From contig JBHGNT010001269.1 in the NCBI GenBank assembly GCA_043228905.1, positions 1-10,507 of the forward strand: a stretch of 10,507 nt of DNA. The letters run 5' to 3'. Below are positions 1-7,581 of this stretch, piece after piece (the stretch's first letter is position 1; each line of letters opens with the position of its first letter). The DNA is from Azolla caroliniana (lineage: Eukaryota; Plantae; Polypodiophyta). Both the position numbers and the translations under genes were made by a program. The notes beneath the pieces were generated by a model. It was given only the letters and a program-made list of their open reading frames with translations. It made no database searches and was not told the origin of the DNA.

Positions 1-654
1 AATCTCATCAAGCAGTTGAAGGAGGAACGACAAGTTGTGGAAAGTAGAGCGCAAATGGGAGCAAGTCGCATCCAGGATATCATGCGGGCCTGGTTGAACC
101 AGACCAAGAGCTTGATTGACAACGGTTCCGTCAAATGGTGGACCAAGTGGGCCACGAACGCGGCGGAACTCCAATTGCTCCGGGCCGACGTAGAGAACCG
201 GCGGAAGGAGGGAGATGAGTGCTATATGCTGACTTCCGAAGACTTCACCGGCATAAGAGATGAGCTGGCCGAAGACTTTCAAGCCTTGGCAGAGGACCAA
301 CTAGGGCAAGTCCGGCAACTTGTAGCTCAGCTGGACGACGACAGGCTGGAGGCGCAGATCCAGTTTGAAAGCTACGAGAGGTCCCGGATCCGGGAAGAGA
401 AAGCACGAGAACCAGTAACGGTCAACCTCAGTGATGAGGAACCGTTACTGGAAGGAGACCGGACCGGAAGCAGTCAAACGAGGATGCTGGAGTCAGAGAA
501 ACAAACGGAGCAGCCGCCTATAGAGCAACCGGAGCAGCCTCAGTCCCAACCGCAACCACAGCAGCAGCAGCAAGCACAGCCGCAGCAACCACAACCGGAA
601 GAACAAGTGGAAACTCTGGAACAAAGTATTTTGGACAATTTGGGTGAACAATGA
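1..654 (+). CDS. 5'-partial ORF, at least 217 codons, acidic and helical/coiled-coil-like with a Q/P/E-rich tail; probable extra ORF of the LTR element, function unknown
   Basis: The frame is open from base 1 (NLIKQLKEERQ...) to TGA 652-654. It has E/R/Q/L-rich helical segments and a PQQQQQAQPQQPQPEEQ tract at about 508-606. No domain recognised. Confidence 0.6.
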   Translation, partial: NLIKQLKEERQVVESRAQMGASRIQDIMRAWLNQTKSLIDNGSVKWWTKWATNAAELQLLRADVENRRKEGDECYMLTSEDFTGIRDELAEDFQALAEDQLGQVRQLVAQLDDDRLEAQIQFESYERSRIREEKAREPVTVNLSDEEPLLEGDRTGSSQTRMLESEKQTEQPPIEQPEQPQSQPQPQQQQQAQPQQPQPEEQVETLEQSILDNLGEQ

Positions 655-687
655 AGGGGCCGAGAAGGGTTCGACGTACAAGGTACT

Positions 688-704
688 GTCCCACGGGCGT
701 GCCA
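688..704 (-). other. Primer-binding site complementary to the 3' end of a tRNA-Arg (UCU type)
   Basis: The plus strand reads GTCCCACGGGCGTGCCA. This matches the recalled plant tRNA-Arg(UCU) 3' end GTCCCACCGGGCGTG+CCA with one base missing, and it lies 2 nt from the LTR boundary at 707. Confidence 0.75.
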
Positions 705-706
705 TG

Positions 707-1125
707 TGTTACCGGCCGGCAAGGAGTCCAAAATACGGAGTGAAGGAATTAATTAAGTATGGTTGTAAATAAGCCTAGTATGGACGGACAGACTGGAAAT
801 GGTATGCCGTTCCAGATCCGGACGGATCCCGAATAGGTGCGATAGGCACCGTTTTGTACTACGGGCCGGAAACCTATTTAAAGGCCCGGACCCCATTGTA
901 ATCGCAGCGGATAATTAATAGAGCATATGGTGTTTATACTTCTGTGTTGATTTCCGTTCTGTACTTACTGTTATATCTTACGCGTGTAATTAACAAAAGC
1001 GATCTAATCGTGTAACCTACGTAAGTCGGTGTAATCGTTGAGTCATAATCCTATGCCGTAATCACCCTTTGGTGAAGTGTCTCCGTGACACCTTGTGTTA
1101 GACCTTGTCCGGTCAGAGAATAACA
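707..1125 (-). repeat. LTR of 419 bp (a 5' LTR by PBS position)
   Basis: It has 5-bp terminal inverted repeats TGTTA/TAACA and a TATA-like CCTATTTAAAGG at 873-884. It abuts the PBS on one side and interrupted LINE coding sequence on the other. Predicted TSD is ATGTT (1126-1130); the partner copy is outside the window. Confidence 0.75.
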
Positions 1126-2319
1126 ATGTTTCTTTTTTTTAATGCATCCCCCAATGGTAAAGCTCCAATCATAACTCTCCAAACAAATACCTTGGCTCAT
1201 AGCATTAATCGAGAACACTAACCTGCCTTGATCACATGAAGCCACCAAGTAATGGGCTTATGAAACCCCCATATCTTTATAACCCTTTCTTCCAACCACT
1301 TATGTTTGTTAATCAAGGTGTGATAAGCAACATTTGTTGAGATCATAGTCAATCTCTTATTTCCAACAAACCTCCAATCAAGCTCTTGAGATCGCCCATC
1401 TAAATAAGGAATTGGCTCATACAAAGATAGTATTTGTTGCAACTTATCCCAAACAAAGGTATAACTTTTTGGAATACGAAATGTTGATCTGATTGTTCGA
1501 AAAGCCATTAATCTTCTTTGTGACACCAACATAGCATCCTTAATTGTTACCAAACCTAATCTAGCCATCTAATTAAATTGAAGGTTAAAGTTTTGCTTAC
1601 CTTCCCACTTCAACAACCTTGATGTCGCCAAAACCTCCATTCGTAATGAATTGGCACATCCCCTTTCTTGTTGGGGATGCCATTCCACAAAATCTAACAT
1701 ACTTTTCCATGATGTCAACAAATGATCAACTATCATAGACCCTGCACATTTGACATCCCTATCAAAATTAATTACATTCCACCAATTTGCTTCAACCTTC
1801 ATGTTTCCAAGCTTTATTCCGTTCTTCTCTATAAAGTATGCCACCATTTCTATCCAAGGTTTTACACCTTCAAACATAAATCGAATGAAAGTAAATCGGC
1901 GAGCCACCATTTGCTCATATAGATTTAATATTGATGCCCCGCCAAGACACTTCGGAGTACAAACATGATCCCATGCCAACCACGACAAGGCACTTTTCCC
2001 TTTTCTTTTCCATAACAACATTCGCATCGAGCGTGTCAATATTTCAAGAGCTTTCTTTGACCATGGGAGCAAATGAAGATAATAAGATACCATAGAGACC
2101 ATAATTGATTGGACCACCTTAAGTCGTACATGAAAAGGCCAAATTTGAGACCTCCAATACATAAACTTATCCTCCAACCTTTTGGACACCCACTCAATAA
2201 GTTTCACATGAGAAACTTCCACCCCAATTGGATATCCAAGGTGACGAAAAATCATACCACGATGTACTATCCTTCCTGACCACCCCAACCCCAACACATC
2301 TTGTTCTGTACATGAAATT
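1126..2319 (-). pseudogene. LINE ORF2 C-terminal part (post-RT region to start of zf-RVT)
   Basis: One frame carries FRHLGYPIG, LSWLAWDHVCTPKCLGGASILNL and AKVFVWRVMIGALPLGDALKKRN. In-frame stops are at 1569-1571, 1218-1220 and 1197-1199. Confidence 0.9.
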
Positions 2320-3267
2320 GCCATCACTAGCGAGGAAACCGCCACCCTTGTTATGCGTGAGGTATTTCGGCATCATGGCCTCCCAAACAGTATCATCAGT
2401 GACCGAGGACCGCAATTTGTCTCCAAATTTTGGCAACATCTCTTCAAGATGCTCAAGGTCTCCTGCAATCTCTCCTCCGGCTACCATCCTTAGACCGACG
2501 GGCAGGCGGAACGAACAAACCAAACGTTGGAGCAATATCTCCGGTGTTTCCTGAGTTATCAACAGGACGATTGGGCCGAGATTCTCCACTTTGCGGAGAT
2601 TGCGTATAATAATGCTATTCACTCCTCGATTCGAGTCTCCCCATTTTTCGCTTATACCGGTTTCCATCCTCGTTGGTCGGTGATCGACACCCCGGAGCTA
2701 CCTACCAACCCTCGTGTCGAGGATCATTTGGAGAGGCTACGCAAGATCCAGATGGATCTCTCTACTCACCTTCGTCATGCTCAACACACACAAAAGACTT
2801 ATGCGGATCGTCATCGGATTCCCTCCTCTTTTGCCATCGGAGATCGAGTATGGCTCTTACGTCGTCACATCAAGACTACTCGACCGTGCGACAAGTTGGA
2901 TTATCGACGACTCGGTCCCTTTCGTATTACAGGTAAGATTAATGATGTCACATTCCACCTTGATCTCCCTCCGCAGCTTCAGATACATCCGGTTTTCCAT
3001 TGTTCTCTTCTTGAACCTTATAAAGCAAACACCATTCCCGATCGTGTGACACCACCGCCCCCCCCGTTGGAGTTGGATGCCGGCCCGGAGTATGAAGTTG
3101 CTGCCATCCTCGATTCCAAACTTGTTCGCAACAAACTTTATTACTTGGTCGATTGGCTCGGTTATAGTCCGAGCGAACGTACTTGGGAACCCGTTGAGCA
3201 TGTTGCCAATGCACAGGATCTTCTTGCTGATTTCCACCGAAAGTATCCGGACAAACCCAGTCCGTAA
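2320..3267 (+). pseudogene. Integrase core/C-terminus with GPF motif and chromodomain (truncated pol, one premature stop)
   Basis: The frame reads AITSEETATLVMREVFRHHGLPNSIISDRGPQFVSKFW...SSGYHP*TDGQAERTNQTLEQYLR, containing the second D and the E of DDE. TAG at 2491-2493 replaces a Gln codon. LGPFRI and PVFHCSLLEPY follow. The chromodomain EYEVAAILDSK...YLVDWLGYSPSERTWEP starts at 3088. Confidence 0.95.
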
Positions 3268-3298
3268 TTAGCACCGACTCGTTCCACTTGTCGTCTTT

Positions 3299-3311
3299 AA
3301 GGGGGGGATAG
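3299..3311 (+). other. Polypurine tract
   Basis: AAGGGGGGGATAG lies immediately before the LTR start TGTCA at 3312, about 30 nt after the pol stop. Confidence 0.9.
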
Positions 3312-3758
3312 TGTCATGATATGGCAAGACTCGAACCCATGACCTTATGCTACATGGGTCGAGCTCTTACCATTAGACTATGAATTGTAATTTGCAGGAT
3401 ATTATTTTCATTTATGCTTTATCATAGAAAATTGATGTATATTCCAGATCTCTCTAGAACATTCTAGAAGCTTCAGGATTATTCCTAAAAACACTATAAA
3501 AGGAGGCACAAGGCATTGTTTTGAACCAAATTGGTTCAACGCCAGTCTTAAGCCTCTTAGCCGATTTGTACTTATCTTTTCACATAATATAAGAGCTGTT
3601 GTCATCATCCTTCTCTCTCTCTCATTCTCGTTATCTCTCTCTCTCTCCTCTTCTCACTTCCTCTCTCGGGAATCTTAAGCAGTCCCGTCCCCTTAGTACT
3701 AATAGTACTGCTCTTCTTTAGTACTAGTTCCATCTCTGCTTTAGTACTATTCTTGACA
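3312..3758 (+). repeat. 3' LTR of the chromovirus (447 bp)
   Basis: Termini are TGTCATGA...TCTTGACA (7/8 inverted match). TATAAAA is at 3495-3501 and a CT-rich tract at about 3609-3667. Confidence 0.85.
3442..3501 (+). promoter_or_regulatory. Heat-shock-element array and TATA box in LTR U3
   Basis: TTCcaGATctCTCtaGAAcaTTCtaGAAgcTTCagGATtaTTC (3442-3484) has four consecutive perfect nGAAn units at 3457-3474. TATAAAA starts 10 nt later. Confidence 0.65.
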
Positions 3759-3770
3759 AAAATGAGGACA

Positions 3771-5948
3771 GATTCTCAACCCTGAAGCATTTGAAAACAA
3801 TTCCCACACATCTCTTGTCTTACTAATATTTTCCCGATTAGGTGCCAAAAACATAATATGGTCATCTGCTAGAGCTTGAACAATACATGGCTTCCCTGAT
3901 GGCAACCTTAGTCCAAGCAATTCTTCCTTCATAGCCATATTGTGTAACTTAACAAGAATAGGATGTGTCACAATAGTGAATAATAAAGGACTTATCAGGC
4001 ATCCTTGTCTAACTGACCTCCGAATAGGAATCGGTTGTGTTACTCCTCCATTAAACATTACATGTGAAACCGAACCCTCCCCTAATGTGTATATCAACTT
4101 AGACATACGATCACCAAAACCCATATGAGACATCAATTGATTTATAAACGACCAATCCGCATTATCATAGGCTTTCTCGATATCCAATTGTAGCAACACC
4201 AATTCTTGCTTTGAATCCTTTGCATAGTCAATTGCCATTTGAACATTTAAAATATTATGTAAAATGTCTCTTTTTGCTAAAAACCCATATTGAGCATTAT
4301 GAATAATAGAAGGTAAAACCTTATGCAACCTATTGGCTATCACTTTTGCAAAAATCTTGTACATTCCCCCCCATCAATGAAATAGGCCTCCATTGAGCAA
4401 AGGAATATGAAGAAGGCACCTTCGGCAAAAGTTTTATCAAACCAATATTCCAAGAATGAGGCATTTCCCCTAATGTCGACACCTTTTGAAATAAAACCGT
4501 AAAAGGCTCCTTTAACTTAATCACATATTTCTTAAAGAGTTCATTTGTTAATCCATCCCACCCAGGACTCTTATCATTAGCAAGATGTGACATGACATGT
4601 TCCACCTCATCCTCTGAAATATTAGCATCTAATGATTGTGCCGCATCATGCGATACATGATTTTTCACTCCATTAAAAAATACATCTCTATCCTTTTTAA
4701 CATTATCATGGATACAAACTTGTACATCCAACAATTGTGTATAATAGTCTATGCATTTCTTCACAATTTCTTGAGGATCGGAACACGTGATACCATTTTC
4801 CTCTAACCTTACCACATTATGTCGTGCATGTGATTCATGAAGGTCATGAAAAAACTTATGTGATTGACAATTAGCATCTTGTCCTAGACGATGTAGTCTA
4901 GTATGTTGATAATTTTTTTCCGTTAGATCATGCAGCGCAGAAATTAATACCTCTTGATATTCCAACAACTCTACATCCGTTGGCCAATAAGTTAACAATG
5001 AGTTGCATTTATCAAGCAAATTAACTAGGAGACTTAATTTCTTTCTCCTTTTAAAAGCATGGTAAATTCCATAATACCTAGTTAACCTCTGAACATTTGC
5101 AACAAATATTTCCCACGCTTCATACCCATCAAATTGAACATGATAGGCAAATGCATCAATCAATTGACACATATAGGCATGGAAGAACTCATGATCCAAA
5201 AATGAAGAATTAAAAATCAACGATGGTTTTCCTAAAACCTCATGAAAAGCTCTAATTGAGTGGTGAGTGAATTCAAAAATTAATGGGAAATGATCTGATA
5301 TAATTGACCCATAAGATATTGAAATATCCAAAATCTCTGGTAAAAATCCTTCGGTATGCATTACATACATTCGATCCAACCTGCTCCAAGTATCCTTATA
5401 TTGAGCCGATTGAAAGGTATAACCAGGTACATCCCTTAACATGATTTCAGTCTCAAAATCTCCCCATTCTTGAGACTTTGGTCCATCCATAATAGAGTGG
5501 ATGGATGTTGATTGATTTGTCTCACAACAAACATTAACATCTCCCATCAATAAACCAGGTCTACCATTATCAAGCATCGATGTCAGAAGATCTCAAATAA
5601 CAACTTTCGGTCTTGTGAAACATTCGATGCATACACACCAACTAACCAAAGAACTTGCCCTTCATAACATATCTCTACCACAATAAATCTTCCAAATTCA
5701 TCTGAAACAATTACTTTTGGGTGAAATTTATCTCTTATAAACATGACAATCCCAGAATAATCCCCATGAACCTTGCCAGCATAACATAATGTATAACCCT
5801 TAGAACAACTAATTAAACCAACATTACGATGATCTTTATGCTCTACTGCACATAAAACATCCCATTGCTCACTTAACACAATCCTCCAAACCTCATGCAT
5901 TCTAAATCTAGAACACAAACCCCTCACATTCCATGTGGTGATCTTCAT
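3771..5948 (-). pseudogene. LINE ORF2 N-terminal part: APE endonuclease, linker and reverse transcriptase
   Basis: Endonuclease motifs are MKITTWNVRGL, GRFIVV, GVYASN, MGDVN, SRLDR and SDHFP. RT motifs are KSPGWDG, WRPISL, YKIFAK, QYGF, LDIEKAYD, RQGCLISPLLF, LADD and SGLRI. Frameshifts occur at about 5590 and in the G7 run at 4366-4372. Confidence 0.95.
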
Positions 5949-7173
5949 ACTTTACTTTTTCCTTTTATTCGAGAAATCTCTTTCTCCTTCACTACTAATG
6001 TTTCTGCGATATCCTGAAATAAATCCCCTAAGATTGCATATGAATTACTATGAGAATGCAAAACTCCAGACCCTGATGGCTCCTCATGTGAACAAGGCAC
6101 CGATTTCCGTTTATTCCAAGGAACATACAAATTACCTTTATTATCAAAAGATAATTTCTTTGGATAGTCCTCTTGACGAGCCCATGGTTTATTCCGCATG
6201 GGATTTGTTTGTTGAATCTGTGTGCCCTTCTCCATAGATACATTATGTCCACTACATTTGTAGGCTCTTCATGTACCACCTCCACTACATTATTTCATTT
6301 TTGAGGACAATCAGCCATAAAATGCCCCAACACACCACAATGGAAACAATGTCTTGCAAATGTACCCCATTTAAGCCGAAAATATATAGGTGGCATACCA
6401 GAGCATGCAATCTGTAAACAACTTGGCCTCTTTATAGCAGTATTCCAAAGAATACACATCCGATATCGATTTTGAGCATTAGCACTAGGAGGCGCCAAGA
6501 TCTTTCCCAACTTTTCCCTCACGGGCCGTAATATTGGCCAAACCACTGAATATGTGCACTCTACCTCAACCCATACAGGACACTCTTGCTTTAATATATC
6601 TTGATATTCCACTAGTGGCCTCCACGGAACAATATGAACCAAACTTTTTTCATAAAAAACTGGCAATTTATTTAGTAATTTCTCTTTATACTCTTGTGAT
6701 ACCAAAACAACCTCATAAAATCCACGAGGACCAGCATAAACATCCTAAACACAATCAGCTTGTAAAATCCCACGTAACCATTGTTTGACCATCCAAAGGA
6801 AAGGTATCTTCCCCATGAAAAACAATATGACCCCTTTATCACAGAAATTAGCAAATGAGTCCAAAAACTCCTTATTATCAATTTCTACCTTAGCCACTTC
6901 ATCGTCAACAAACTCCTCAGCAACTTTCACATTCTCCCTTATACAATCTTCCATTAATATATTTGCCATGCATCTTAAATGTTCCCAATGACTATCATCT
7001 TTCTCAATTTCATCTTGTCGCATTGCATCAGCATAAGACATGTCATTACTATTATCTCCAATACATCGTTTTCTTTTACCATCCCCTATTGGGCTCGAAA
7101 CTGACTCAACCATGCATGCATCCTTTGCAGAATTTGGAGACTCATCCATATTCATGAAAACACGATCATCCAT
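5945..7173 (-). pseudogene. LINE ORF1 (gag-like nucleic-acid-binding protein with CCHC zinc knuckle)
   Basis: It has a plant-L1 ORF1-like core (GPRGFYEV...VHIVPWRP...PVWVE), a CX2CX4HX4C knuckle CFHCGVLGHFMADC at 6307-6348, and NSYAIL near the end. In-frame stops are at 6745-6747 and 6295-6297, with a frameshift near 6240. The start ATG at 7173 is tentative. Confidence 0.88.
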
Positions 7174-7320
7174 ATGACAAGAATTAGGAAAGAGCTCACT
7201 TACAAGTAATTGTGTTGAAGAAGGAGTCAAAGCAAGCGATCATGAGATGCATGCAACCGAATTGAATTTTTACTTGTAGCGTTCTACCAAGACCCCCAAA
7301 TGATACGTGCAGATACTCTT

Positions 7321-7411
7321 TAGAAAGCTCTCCGCGCAAGCTTCGAAACGAGCCAAAGAACAAAGCTAGAAAGCTCTCCGCGCAAGCTTCGAAACGAGCC
7401 AAAGAACAAAG
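7321..7411. repeat. Tandem duplication with a 46-bp period in the putative LINE 5' UTR
   Basis: TAGAAAGCTCTCCGCGCAAGCTTCGAAACGAGCCAAAGAACAAAG occurs at 7321 and 7367, identical over 45 nt. Confidence 0.97.
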
Positions 7412-7486
7412 GGAATGGACACCGTAGCAAGAAGATACATCAAAAATAGTGTTTTTCCTACTCCAACATCTCCCAACTTTGCGTTT

Positions 7487-7517
<31 letters not shown>
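7487..7517. repeat. (TC)n microsatellite
   Basis: About 15 units with one interruption at 7508. Confidence 0.95.
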
Positions 7518-7581
7518 GTGGGCCCAGAGCTGACATCTTGGCAGATCTCATAGATCTTGGTACTCTGGAGCAGGTTCCAGG

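Larger units (their letters stand above)
1..1125 (-). mobile_element. 5' end of an LTR retrotransposon (probably Ty3/gypsy, Tat-like), inserted into the 3' end of the LINE ORF2 and continuing left of the window
   Basis: A TGTTA...TAACA-bounded segment spans 707-1125, and a PBS-like TGGCACGCCCGTGGGAC follows it 2 nt downstream on the minus strand. The LINE frame (...GALPLGDALKKRNI) breaks exactly at 1126/1125. The region is rich in CpG/CCGG, unlike the LINE. The lineage call rests on PBS type only; no gag or pol is in the window. Confidence 0.75.
2320..3758 (+). mobile_element. 5'-truncated Ty3/gypsy chromovirus (Tcn1-like): integrase, chromodomain, PPT, 3' LTR
   Basis: The integrase frame starts abruptly at about 2320 and ends at TAA 3265-3267. 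PPT is at 3299-3311 and the LTR runs TGTCA...TGACA. An alternative right end is at 3770. Confidence 0.92.
1126..7486 (-). mobile_element. L1-clade LINE retrotransposon, near full length, decayed, with a nested insertion
   Basis: The minus strand carries 5' UTR, ORF1 (CCHC) and ORF2 (APE-RT-zf-RVT) in the expected order. The 5' boundary is approximate, placed at the (GA)n/(CT)n tract. The 3' end is displaced by the LTR element. Confidence 0.93.

Noticed and set aside
653-669. GAAGGGGCCGAGAAGGG as PPT of a plus-strand element
   Set aside because: It is interrupted by pyrimidines, lies 37 nt from the TGTTA boundary and is not followed by TG. The PBS-like motif abuts the LTR instead.
493-731. 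Leu/Arg-rich and Cys-rich (metallothionein-looking) minus-strand ORFs
   Set aside because: They are reverse-frame shadows of the CAG/CAA-rich Gln tract in the plus-strand ORF.
1083-1090. CCGTGACA as the LTR terminus
   Set aside because: There is no matching TGTCACGG start. TAACA at 1125 matches TGTTA at 707 and coincides with the LINE breakpoint.
1133-1140. T8 run as the LINE poly(A) tail
   Set aside because: It encodes L-K-K-R in frame within the zf-RVT lead-in; the true 3' end is outside the window.
3312-3387. Functional tRNA gene
   Set aside because: There is no acceptor stem or proper anticodon arm; it is reported only as a tRNA-like cassette.
1722-3608. Short ORFs overlapping the LINE and integrase in other frames or strands (e.g. 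2194-2667, 2228-2554, 2857-3237)
   Set aside because: They are shadow frames with no motifs; some cross element junctions.
3759-3770. Self-priming PBS pairing with TGTCATCATCCT at 3600-3611
   Set aside because: It is only 9/12 complementary, and a PPT-preceded 3' LTR should not be followed by a PBS.
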